A stretch of 64,000 nucleotides of DNA. Origin: Macrostomum lignano (lineage: Eukaryota). The stretch is from contig NIVC01001354.1 in the NCBI GenBank assembly GCA_002269645.1, positions 1-64,000 on the forward strand, in the 5' to 3' direction. Position 1 is the first letter of the stretch. Every line of letters begins with the position of its first letter. The notes below the pieces were generated by a model. That model saw only the letters and a program-made list of their open reading frames with translations, was not told the origin of the DNA and searched no databases. The position numbers were made by a program, and so were the translations under genes. Below are positions 41,421-57,700 of this stretch, piece by piece.

Positions 41421-41984
41421 TTTGAATTTGGCGCAGGCTTGCAGGTCTGGCGGAAAGTCTGGGGCTTTGGGTGCAGCTCTGCGTGTCAATGTAAAACTCA
41501 AAGAGCTGGCCTTTCCGCGCCGAGGGCTGCTTTTGTCGACATCTGCCGCGGGAGGGGGCGGGTGAGTCAGGGTTGGAGAGTGCTGGTGAGCTCGGTATTT
41601 TTCCATAGTCTTTGCATGCTTGCCAACTGTATCCTGCATGGCCTCTCTTCATCTGCATCATTGAGATGCTCAAAAAGTATACAATTGTGGCAGACGTACA
41701 ATACTGGCTTTGAGCTGATGTAGCATTATAGCAAAAGACACGCCTTATAGGTTGCAAACAGTTTTTCAGCACAACATCTGTGCGTGAAGGCCTCATTAAC
41801 TACGAGTCATTTTTATTTTGAATAAAATGTACTAGCGAAAAGCGGTGGAGAAGTTCAGTGACACTAATTGACAAAGCAAACTAATTAAGTAGTGAGGAAG
41901 GGGACTGGAAGCAGATTAACTTGACGATTTTTCACTGGAAGGCAGCTGGGCAATTTTAGGCTCGATACTTACATTTTGAAGATC

Positions 41985-42372
41985 TCAGCCATCACACTCT
42001 GCGTCACTCAGACTCTGCATCACTCAGTCCCTGCATCACTCAGACCGCGCATCACTCAGACCCTGCATCACTCAGACCCTGCACCACTCAGACCCTGCAT
42101 CACTCAGACTCTGCATCACTCAGACCCTGCATCACTCAGACCCTGCATCACTCAGTCCCTGCATCACTCAGACCCTGCATCACTCAGACCCTGCACCACT
42201 CAGACCCTGCATCACTCAGACTCTGCATCACTCAGACCCTGCATCACTCAGACCCTGCATCACTCAGACCCTGCACCACTCAGATCCTGCATAACTCAGA
42301 CCCTGCATCACTCAGACCCTGCACCACTCAGATCCTGCATCACTCAGACCCTGCATCACTCAGACCCTGCAC
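41985..42372. repeat. 16-bp minisatellite CACTCAGACCCTGCAT between thioredoxin and the CRAL-TRIO gene
   Basis: About 24 tandem copies. Confidence 0.93.
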
Positions 42373-42665
42373 CATAGTTTCTAAACAGAATTAAGCTACA
42401 ACAATGAGTCAAATTCAGTGCTAGGAAAAAGGAAACACAGGCTAATAAATCAAATATAGATTGAAAAAATTGCTAATTGCCTGAAATTCCGCTTCTGCCA
42501 GTAGTATAAACAGCGCATTTAACTTAATTTTTACTACCAAGAAACTGTCAGAAAAAGTCCAAAGCGTTTAGCACTACTCATGACTGGCAGCAGCAAGTAG
42601 TATTACTAGGAAATTGCGGGAAAACTCGAAGTAAAAATTAAAAATTAAAAATTCGCTCAGCGCAG

Positions 42666-46045
<3,380 letters not shown>

Positions 46046-46834
46046 GGCCTTCTTCGACTCGGCTGTGGACTGGGCGATCTGTGCAGAGGTCCCACCGGTC
46101 TCGAGCTGGCGCAGTGGGGGAGACCCGAGAGGCTTTTTGTACCGCGGCTGACGGCTCAAACTCTCGAGGAGAGCCGCTTCTCTTCAGAAGCTCTTCGGAA
46201 TTCCTTCTGGGGGGAAAATCCTCACCCACGCGCCCACCCCTGCCATGCAGGGACTCCTAGAATTAGCACCGGTGGACTCGAAGACCGGCAAAGATAGTAA
46301 GTAAACCAGATCTGAAGTGGAGCTGAATAAATTCCCCTGATATAATGTAATGTAATTTAAGATGGCAGATATCTTCTGTCAGATAGAATTGGAAAAATCT
46401 TATTTTAATCCAAAATAGTTGAATTTTAGGATCCCTTGTTGTTTATCCCGGCTTCCAGTCCACAGGCACTTAGAAGTCCCTGCACCCCCCCCCCCTACGA
46501 AAAGGAAGCACGAAGCGGTTCCGATCACCCAGTGCTGATCGATATCTCGAATGCAGTTTCAGCAGCTGCTTTTTCTCCCCTGGCCTGGCAACCTACGCTG
46601 CCTACTCTCGCGTGTGTACGCGGCAGTGCGAGTGCGCTGAGCAGTCTGAGTTTATGCAATTGTTGCTTCCGCGCTTGCTTGTTCTGCTATAGCCTATAGG
46701 TCTGCTATATCTGCAATCCGCAATGACCAAGCCATTGCGCTTGGAGCTGTATTGTGAGAATGCTTATTCATATTAATTGTACGCGCAGGTCACAAGCATT
46801 TGCCTTCATGGTGGATGCGATATCCAAGTCTGAG

Positions 46835-49235
46835 CTGATCTACAGATTGATCTATTAATATTAACTGATCTACAGACTGATCCATAAATCTTGACTGATC
46901 TACCGACTGATCTATTATTAATTTTGACGGATCTACAGATTGATCTATTAATTTTGACTGATCTACAGATTGATCTATTAATCTTAACTGATCTACAGAT
47001 TGATCTATTAATCTTGACTGATCTACAGATTGATCTATTAATCTTGACTGATCTACAGATTGATCTATTAATTTTGACTGATCTACAGATTGATCTATTA
47101 ATCTTGACTGATCTACAGATTGATCTATTAATCTTGACTGATCTACAGATTGATCTATTAATCTTGACTGATCTACAGATTGATCTATTAATCTTGACTG
47201 TTCTACAGATTGATCTATTAATCTTGGCTGATCTACAGATTGATCTATTAATCTTGACTGATCTACAGATTGATCTATTAATCTTGACTGATCTACAGAT
47301 TGATCTATTAATCTTGACTGATCTACAGATTGATCTATTAATCTTGACTGATCTACAGATTGATCTATTAATCTTGACTGATCTACAGATTGATTTATTG
47401 CAATATTAATCTTGACTGATCTACAGATTGATCTATTAATATTAACTGATCTACAGACTGACCCATAAATCTTGAATGATCTACCGACTGATCTATTATT
47501 AATTTTGACGGATCTACAGATTGATCTATTAATCGTGACTGATCTACAGATTGATCTATTAATCTTGACGGATCTACAGATTGATCTATTAATTTTGACT
47601 GATCTACAGATTGATCTATTAATCTTGACGGATCTACAGATTGATCTATTAATTTTGACTGATCCACAGATTGATCTATTAATCTTGACTGATCTACAGA
47701 TTGATCTATTAATCTTGACTGATCTACAGATTGATCTATTAATCTTGACTGATCTACAGATTGATCTATTAATCTTGACTGATCTACAGATTGATCTATT
47801 AATCTTGACTGATCTACAGATTGATCTATTAATCTTGACTGATCTACAGATTGATCTATTAATCTTGACTGATCTACAGATTGATCTATTACATGTAATT
47901 TTGACTGATCTACAGATTGATTTATTAATCTTGACTGATCTACAGATTGATCTATTAATCTTGACTGATCTACAGATTGATCTATTAATCTTGACTGATC
48001 TACAGATTGATCTATTAATCTTGACTGATCTACAGATTGATCTATTAATCTTGACTGATCTACAGATTGATCTATTAATCTTGACTGTTCTACAGATTGA
48101 TCTATTAATCTTGGCTGATCTACAGATTGATCTATTAATCTTGACTGATCTACAGATTGATCTATTAATCTTGACTGATCTACAGATTGATCTATTAATC
48201 TTGACTGATCTACAGATTGATCTATTAATCTTGACTGATCTACAGATTGATCTATTAATCTTGACTGATCTACAGATTGATCTATTAATCTTGACTGATC
48301 TACAGATTGATCTATTAATCTTGACTGATCTACAGATTGATCTATTACATGTAATTTTGACTGATCTACAGATTGATTTATTAATCTTGACTGATCTACA
48401 GATTGATCTATTAATCTTGACTGATCTACAGATTGATCTATTAATCTTGACTGATCTACAGATTGATCTATTAATCTTGACTGATCTACAGATTGATCTA
48501 TTAATCTTGACTGATCTACAGATTGATCTATTAATCTTGACTGATCTACAGATTGATCTATTAATCTTGACTGATCTACAGATTGATCTATTAATCTTGA
48601 CTGATCTACAGATTGATTTATTGCAATATTAATCTTGACTGATCTACAGATTGATCTATTAATATTAACTGATCTACAGACTGACCCATAAATCTTGACT
48701 GATCTACAGATTGATCTATTAATCTTGACTGATCTACAGATTGATCTATTAATCTTGACTGATCTACAGATTGATCTATTAATATTGACTGATCTACAGA
48801 TTGATTTATTAATCTTGACTGATCTACAGATTGATCTATTAATTTTGACTGATCTACAGATTGATCTATTAATCTTGACTGATCTACAGATTGATCTATT
48901 AATCTTAACTGATCTACAGATTGATCTATTAATTTTGATGGATCTACAGATTGATCTATTAATCTTGACTGATCTACAGATTGATCTATTAATCTTGACT
49001 GATCTATTAATTTTGACGGATCTACAGATTGATCCATAAATCTTGACTGATCTATTAATTTTGACGGATCTACAGATTGATCCATAAATCTTGACTGATC
49101 TATTAATTTTGACGGATCTACAGATTGATCTATTAATCTTGACGGATCTGCAGATTGATCTATTAATTTTGACGGATCTACAGATTGATCCATAAATCTT
49201 GACTGATCTACCGACTGATCTATTAATCTTGGCAT
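46835..49235. repeat. 30-bp AT-rich minisatellite TGATCTACAGATTGATCTATTAATCTTGAC
   Basis: About 80 copies; produces the TDLQIDLLIL/DQSVDQSRLI ORFs. Confidence 0.95.
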
Positions 49236-50619
49236 CCACAAACAGATAAGCACTATTGATCTACATGTACAGGCCCTGGCCAATCTCAAGTCAACAAAAA
49301 TCTACAGATAGATCTCAGAAAAACACCATTGATCTACAGACAGATTTGAATTCTCCAGATTTTCCGCTAAAAATTAGCAAATTCGATTTGAACAAATCAG
49401 AGTAGAGTTTTGTTAAATTGAAAAACTGCCTTAGAAAAACAGTTATTTATGTAGACCCCGGACCCTAATGGCTTCCGTCGTGTTTATTTAGCAAGTCAGC
49501 TAGTCGGCTTTGTTTTCAAAATTGGGAAAACGATCTTCTTAATTAATATTATTATTATTAATTATATGTAGATATGGCTTACAAAATAGTTAACCACCCA
49601 ACAAGCGCAAACAGGCGGCTCTTGGCGCAAGCAAAACGCTGATTAAATATTTAAGAAATTAGATGACACATCCGGGACACCGGAAAAATGACAGGGGCTG
49701 ACAGGGGACCGGTGAGTGACAGGGGAATTAAATGCAGCTCGGGCGATGGCGTACTTTTTTTCTGCAAATTTTGCCCAGGAAAAAAACGGACAGAACTCGC
49801 AGTGTTCTTCTAATCTGGAACTGTTGCTTCTTTCTGTACACGAGAAGAGGAATTGCCAGGGGGGAATAGCAGAGAGTTCCAGCGGGAGCTTAATGAGAAT
49901 TTGATTTAAATAAAATAATTAGTAAGGCCGGAAAAGGCAGTGGGGAGACAAAAAATGAGGATAATAGAGAAGTACATACGAAGTAGATTCGATCAGCGCA
50001 CACCAGCTAAAGGAGTTTTTAAAGTGCCACGAACAAAATGGAATGACTTTTTTCTCAAGCCTTACTACTATTACCAACAAGAAGCGGATTTTCGATTCCA
50101 AAACAGCTGATTTCTAAGAAAAAACGTGCACTTTAAAAACACCCCCAGATCTGATGCAAGGCTAACATAACTGTTAGGGGCGGATTGCTATGCGAGTTGA
50201 GTTCAATGAATAAGCGAAATGACAGTCCGAAATGTACTTTATCAGACAAGCAGGCGAGCACACGCCGAAACAGGTGAATAACCGTATTACAGATCAGTAT
50301 TATTATTATTGTTATTATTGACCTACAACTGCTCAAAAACAGTCAACAAGACGGAAGAACACGCGCGAACCCTCCTACTAACAGTAGATTACTAAACCGA
50401 CTTTTGCTGATCTTACCGCCGAAAAAGATTCCTCAAATGAAGCCAGCAATTTGATTTGAAAAAGAAGAGAATCATCCCGCGCCGTGCGCACGGGCTCAGA
50501 AATGTCAGAAAGTTTGTTGGCTTGCAAAATCGATGCGGGAAGGGATGATGAAGAACTGAGCAGATGGGAGTCCAAATACTCAAACCAAGACCTTGAGCGA
50601 CCTTGACCAAGACACACTT

Positions 50620-50969
50620 GCGTAGATCATCAGAGAGAGTGACACATTTGCATAGATCATCAGAGAGAGTGACACATTTGCATAGATCATCAGAGAGAGA
50701 GTGACACACTTGCATAGATCATCAGAGAGAGTGACACATTTGCATAGATCATCAGAGAGAGTGACACATTTGCATAGATCATCAGAGAGAGAGTGACACA
50801 CTTGCATAGATCATCAGAGAGAGTGACACACTTGCATAGATCATCAGAGAGAGTGACACATTTGCATAGATCATCAGAGAGAGTGACACATTTGCATAGA
50901 TCATCAGAGAGAGTGACACACTTGCATAGATCATCAGAGAGAGTGACACACTTGCATAGATCATCAGAC

Positions 50970-51030
<61 letters not shown>

Positions 51031-51490
51031 AGCAGAGAGAGTGATACACTTGCATAGATCATGAGAGAGAGAGAGAGAAAGAGAGAGAGAGTGACACAGA
51101 TGAGGGGAGAGTGACACACACAGATAAGAGAGTCATACACACACAATGGTAGAGTGTGACACACAGAGATGAGGGGAGAGTGACACACAGAGATGAGGGG
51201 AGAGTGACACACAGAGATGAGGGGAGAGTGACACACAGAGATGAGGGGAGAGTGACACACACAGATCAGAGAGTCATACACACACAATGGTAGAGTGTGA
51301 CACACAGAGATGAGGGGAGAGTGACACACACAGATCAGAGAGTCATACACACACAATGGTAGAGTGTGACACACAGAGATGAGGGGAGAGTGACACACAC
51401 AGATCAGAGAGTCATACACACACCATGGTAGTGTGACACAGAGATGGGAGAGTGACACACAGATGAGTGGAGAGTGACACACAGATCAGC
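50620..51490. repeat. Compound repeat: 30-bp GATCATCAGAGAGAGTGACACATTTGCATA, (GA)n, then a GAGATGAGGGGAGAGTGACACACA-type array
   Basis: Tandem copies just downstream of the 4E-T stop codon. Confidence 0.9.
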
Positions 51491-51702
51491 AGAGCATTAG
51501 TGAGACAGCAACACTGCAAGCCGACGTGCCAGCGCAAATTGCTGCTGCTCAGAACGCCAGAACAGACGGGGATGTCGGGCATAGAAACACACGGGGCCGC
51601 GCCATAGAAACGGAACCATCGCACGCTGGTTGCGGTAGCGCAAAAAGTAGCGGCACAATCTTCGGCAGGCAGCCGGCAGTGTCAAGAGGAGCCGACGCAA
51701 AG

Positions 51703-54700
51703 TCAGTCGGCCGCCTTGGCCTGGCGCCGATCGCTGCCGGGCGCCAGCGACTCCGGCGGCAGGCGGCCGGCGGTTGACGTCTGTGGCGACGAGGTCGCGA
51801 CAATGCCGCCGACACCACCGCCCTGGCCGATGACGCCCCAGCCGGCGGTTGCAGATGGCGGAGCAATCCTGATGCCGCCGCCGGCGCTGGCGGAATTCCA
51901 GGAGGATATTGAGAACTGCTGAGAGCTGCTGGGAACGCCGGCGGAGCTGGCGGAATTCCAGGAGGATATTGAGAACTGCTGAGAGCTGCTGGGCGCGCCG
52001 GCGGCACTGGCGGGCGGCCAGTTCTGCGGGAGCTGCTGGGCAGGGCGCAAGCCGCCGACGCTTCCACTGCTGGCGGCGGGAAGAAGAGCATGCGGCAGCG
52101 GCTGCTGCGGCTGCTGAGGGCCGCCAGTGAAGCCCTGCAGTTGGAGTAGCGGGGATGAGGAGGGGGAATCAGCGGTTGCCGAGCTGGATGCCAAGCTGCT
52201 GGCTGGGAAACCAATTGAAATGATGAGGAACCACAGCAGATGGGGAGTGCGACGAGACGGGGTGGAGTGACAGGAGGGAGTGACGACGACGAGTGACGGG
52301 AGGGAGTTACAGGAGTGACGGGAGTGACAGGAGGGAGTGACGGGAGTGACAGGAGGGAGTGACGGGAGTGACAGGAGGGAGTGACGGGAGTGATAGGAGG
52401 GAGTGACAGGAGTGACGGGAGTGATAGGAAGGAGTGACAGGAGGGAGTGACGGGAGTGACAGGAGGGAGTGACAGGAGGGAGTGACGGGAGTGACAGGAG
52501 GGAGTGACAGGAGGGAGTGACGGGAGTGACAGGAGGGAGTGACGGGAGTGACAGGAGGGAGTGACGGGAGTGACAGGAGGGAGTGACAAGAACAGAAGTG
52601 CACAGCAAAGAGTAATACGACCGAGAGGAGTGACATCTGTCGACAATAAATGACTCACACTCTTAGTGATAGGCCTGCGAGACATCGGCTGCACCGGGTC
52701 CCAGGGTTTGGCGCCGTCGATTACAGCGGAGTCAGAGCTGGCAGCCGAATGTCCGGGGCTGAACATGGGCTGGTGCTGCTGCTGCTGAAGCTGCTGCTGC
52801 AACTGCTGCTGCTGGCTGATGATGCGGCTGCCTTGCACAGCGTTGTTCTGCGCGTGAAGACGGAGTGCGAACCAGTCAATGAATTATCAGATTGAGAGAG
52901 AACGAGTGCTTTAGGCATGCAAGAGTTGAAGGTCAGGCTTATGCATTTCAATATAAAACTAATGCTATTGATGAAGCAATGTGTCTGGAATGTCATTCAA
53001 CCTTCCTGCTACAGTAGCCTTTAAACAAGAACGTTAGTGTCCCTGATTGAGGCAGTCGCCTCTAACAGAAAACACACTGTCATTTTGTCAACTTTAAAAA
53101 ACTGAAAAACTACAAAAGCGCGGGAGAACGGCGAACTTTAAATTGAACAAAATAAAACATTTTATTGTCAATTATAACGGATACCTACCACGGCTCTATA
53201 CCAACGAAATGCCTGAAAATTCGAGAGTTTGTTGCACTGACTCATATCTGATTTAAATCTAAATTGCGAGGCTCGAAATTTATTAATATACACACAAAAA
53301 AGGATTGGAATGCTGATAGTGGCGGCACACATCAAAGGATTGGAATTCTGATAGTGGCGGCACACATCAAAGGATTAGAATGCTGATAGTGGCGGCACAC
53401 AGCAGAGAATTGGAATGCTGATAGTGGCGACACACATCAAAGGATTGGAATGCTGATAGTGGCGGCACACATCAAAGGATTAGAATGCTGATAGTGGCGG
53501 CACACATAAAAGCATTAGAATGCTGATAGTGGCGGCACACAGCAGAGGATTAGAATGCTGATAGTGGCGGCACACATCAAAGGATTAGAATGCTGATAGT
53601 GGCGGCACACATCAAAGAATTGGAATGCTGATTGTGGCGGCACACAACAGAGGATTGGAATTCTGATAGTGGCGGCACACATCAAAGAATTGGAATGCTG
53701 ATAGTGGCGGCACACATCAAAGGATTGGAATTCTGATAGTGGCGGCACATCAAAGAATTGGAATGCTGATAGTGGCGGCACACATCAAAGGATTGGAATT
53801 CTGATAGTGCCGGCACACAATAGAGGATTGGAATGTTTATAATGGCGGCACACATCAAAGGATTGGAATTCTGATAGTGGCGGCACACAATAGAGGATTG
53901 GAATGTTTATAATGGCGGCACACATCAAAGAATTTGAATGCTGATAGTGGCGGCACACATCAAAGGATTGGAATACTGATAGTGGCGGCACACATCAAAT
54001 TATTCACCTGCGGCAGAAAGTTTCCAGCCTGCAGCTGCTGTGGCTGCATCAACTGGGCCTTCATTTGCATAGCCAAGGCTGTCTGCAGCTGCTGCAGCTG
54101 CATCAGGGGCATCTGCTGTTGCTGTTGCTGCTGCTGAGGAGTCAGGAGACTCTGCGGCCGGAGCGCGTGGACGCCGCGAGGCGCGGACTGCACCCCTGCC
54201 GTGCCGGTAGCCGATGATGACAGAGCCATTGACATCGGCTGCTGCTGCTGGAACAGCTGCTGTCGTAGAAGCTGCTGCTGCTGCTGCTGCTGTGTCGGCT
54301 GCTGTGGCTGTTGCTGCTGACGCTGAGGCTGCTGTACAGCCAGCTGACTGAGCAGCTTCTGAATGGCCGCCTGGCCGCTGTCACCCGATGAATTCGAAGC
54401 CCCAGCAGCACCAGACGTCAGAGCGCGCAGCCCGGCGGGAGGCTGCACTGGTGGAGCCGGGGCGCCGTGACCGCCAGCCAGGGAGCCTTCAATTTCCTCC
54501 AGGGTCCTGGCCTGGAGAACCTGCGGACGCTGCTGCGACTGCTGAGGCTGCAACGGGCGCGGCTGCTGCGGCTGCAGCTGGGCCGGGGTGGCGGACGGAG
54601 CGACAGGAGCGGCGGCGGCGCTGACGACGGCGGGTGCTGGGGTGGCAGCGGCCCCGCCGCCAGCTTTTAGGCTACCAAACAGCAGCGACTTGATGTTGGC

Positions 54701-57700
54701 TTCAACTTCTCGAGCGTCCAACTGGCGATTTGGCGCAGCTGACTGAGCTGCAGGCTGCTGGGGCTGCTGCTGAGGCTGAGGCAGAAGAGGCTGAGGAGGC
54801 TGGGGCTGTTGCTGAGGCTGAGGTTTGTTCTGCTGACCGATGCGCAGATCCTTCAGCAGCATCTGCTGCAGTTGCACAACATCAGCGCTTGGCGCCGGCT
54901 TCTTAGCTGGCGCAGAAGCCGGTTTCGGCGCCGGAGCGGCAGCGGCGGTTGCCGGAACCTGGGCAGTCGGCGGCCTCATTGGTGGGGGAGCGGCGTCGCC
55001 AGAGTCGGCGCTGAGCCACTTCGACATGCGGGAGGGTGCGGCAACAACTGGCTGCTCGTCGGCCTCCGCCAGCACCGGCATCAGGAGGTCGGACAGGTCA
55101 AAATCCAGCGGTGGGGGGAAAGCAGAGTCGGCTGAGGCCGACTTCTCAGCTTTCGACGCTGGCTGGGAGGGCGGTGGCGGCGGCGGCGGCGGCGCTGGCG
55201 CCTGCGATTTAACAGCTGTTGAAGCTGCCGGAGGCTCCTTCGCCACTGATTTGGCCGTCTCCGCGGACTTCGCCGAAGTTGTTGCCGTTGTCGCTGCCGA
55301 CGAGGCGGTTGCTGCAGCCGCGGCCGGGGCCGCTGACTCGGCTGGCTCAGGCTTGGCCGCCGGAGCCGCGGGCTGCGGGCGCGGGGCTCGCCTCGGCGCC
55401 GACTCCTCGGGCAGGCCGGTGAGCTCCAGCTTCTCGAGCTTATCCAGCGGGCCCTCATCAAACCAAGCAGGGGTTTCGCTGTCGTTATAGTAGGAGCCGC
55501 CGCCGCCGCGCTGTACCGACTGCTGCTGCTGGGGCACGATCTCCCGAGGCCGTTGGCTTCGCTCCCACTGCCCGGCGCTGGCGGGGAAGCGCGCCGGCCG
55601 CTCGATACGGCGGCTCGGCTTGCCTGAAGCTGACGCCGACGCCGCTGCTGCCGCTGCCGCTGCCGCTGCTGTCGAAGCCGCAGCCGTAGCAGCGGCATTG
55701 GCTGCGGACGTTGCCGACGCCGTTTCCGACATCGGCGTCGGGGTGGAAGCCGCCGAGTGGTCGGAGTCGCCGCGTTCGCGACTACCATCGGCCTCAGCAG
55801 CAGTCTTGGCACGGTGAGGATTGCAACCCAGTCCCCAGGTGCGCTTCTGCGGACCCAGCACGATGCCGTCGTCCTTGCCGCGGTCTGTAGCGGTGAAGTT
55901 GCCAATTTTTACCTCTTACTTTAGTTATTCTACTTCTTATGTTTAAGATCCTTTAGCGCCCCTCGCTACTTTCCGGTCCTTCAGCGCCCCCACTACCTTC
56001 AGAGCTTCAGCGCCCCCCCCCCCCCCAATACCTTCAGAGCTTCAGCGCACCCCCCCAATACCTCCAGAGCTTCAGCGCACCCCCCCCCCAATACCTCCAG
56101 AGCTTTAGCGCACCCACTACCTTCCGTTCCTTCAGCGCCCCAACAACCTTCTGGTCCTTCAGCGCCCCAACAACCTTCTGGTCCTTCAGCGCCCCCACAA
56201 CCTCCTCGTCCTTCAGCGCCCCCACTACCTTCTGGTCCTTCAGCGCCCCCCCCCACTACCTTCTGGTCCTTCAGCACCCCCACTACCTTCTGGTCCTTCA
56301 GCGCCCCCACTACCTTCTGGTCCTTCAGCGCCCCCCACTACCTTCTGGTCCTTCAGCGCCCCCACTACCTTCTGGTCCTTTAGCGCCCCCCCCACTACCT
56401 TCTGATCCTTCAGCGCCCCCACAACCTTCTGGTCCTTCAGCGCCCCAACAACCTTCTGGTCCTTCAGCGCCCCCACAACCTCCTCGTCCTTCAGCGCCCC
56501 CACTACCTTCTGGTCCTTCAGCGCCCCCCCCACTACCTTCTGGTCCTTCAGCACCCCCACTACCTTCTGGTCCTTCAGCGCCCCCACTACCTTCTGGTCC
56601 TTCAGCGCCCCCCCCCACTACCTTCTGGTCCTTCAGCGCCCCCACTACCTTCTGGTCCTTTAGCGCCCCCCCACTACCTTCTGATCCTTCAGCGCCCCAC
56701 AACCTTCTGGTCCTTCAGCGCCCCCCCTACCTTTTGGTCCTTCAGCGCCCCCCCCCCACTACCTTCTGGTCCTTCAGCGCCCCCACTACCTTCTGGTCCT
56801 TCAGCGCCCCAACAACCTTCTGGTCCTTCAGCGCCCCCACTACCTTCTGGTCCTTCAGCGCCCCCACTACCTTCTGGTCCTTCAGCGCCCCCACTACCTT
56901 CTGGTCCTTCAGCGCCCCCACTACCTTCTGGTCCTTCAGCGCCCCAACAACCTTCTGGTCCTTCAGCGCCCCCCCCCCACTACCTTCTGATCCTTCAGCG
57001 CCCCCACAACCTTCTGGTCCTTCAGCGCCCCCACTACCTTCTGGTCCTTCAGCGCCCCCCCACTACCTTCTGGTCCTTCAGCGCCCCCACTACCTTCTGG
57101 TCCTTCAGCGCCCCAACAACCTTCTGGTCCTTCAGCGCCCCCACTACCTTCTGGTCCTTCAGCGCCCCCACTACCTTCTGGTCCTTCAGCGCCCCCACTA
57201 CCTTCTGGTCCTTCAGCGCCCCCACTACCTTCTGGTCCTTCAGCGCCCCCACTACCTTCTGGTCCTTCAGCGCCCCAACAACCTTCTGGTCCTTTAGCGC
57301 CCCCACAACCTTCTGGTCCTTCAGCGCCCCCACTACCTTCTGGTCCTTCAGCGCCCCCCCCCCCACTACCTTCTGGTCCTTCAGCGCCCCCACTACCTTC
57401 TGGTCCTTCAGCGCCCCCACTACCTTCTGGTCCTTCAGCGCCCCCCCACTACCTTCTGGTCCTTCAGCGCCCCCCACTACCTTCTGGTCCTTCAGCGCCC
57501 CCCACTACCTTCTGGTCCTTCAGCGCCCCCCCACTACCTTTTGGTCCTTCAGCGCCCCCCCCACTACCTTCTCGTCCTTCAGCGCCCCCACTACCTTCTG
57601 GTCCTTCAGCGCCCCCCCACTACCTTCTGGTCCTTCAGCACCCCCACTACCTTCTGGTCCTTCAGCGCCCCCACTACCTTCTGGTCCTTCAGCGCCCCCC

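Noticed and set aside
46835-49289. 614-aa and 386-aa periodic ORFs (DQSVDQSRLI/TDLQIDLLIL) resembling LRR or pentapeptide-repeat proteins
   Set aside because: The 10-aa period comes from a 30-bp DNA repeat open on both strands, with no non-repetitive domain, splice context or codon-position pattern.
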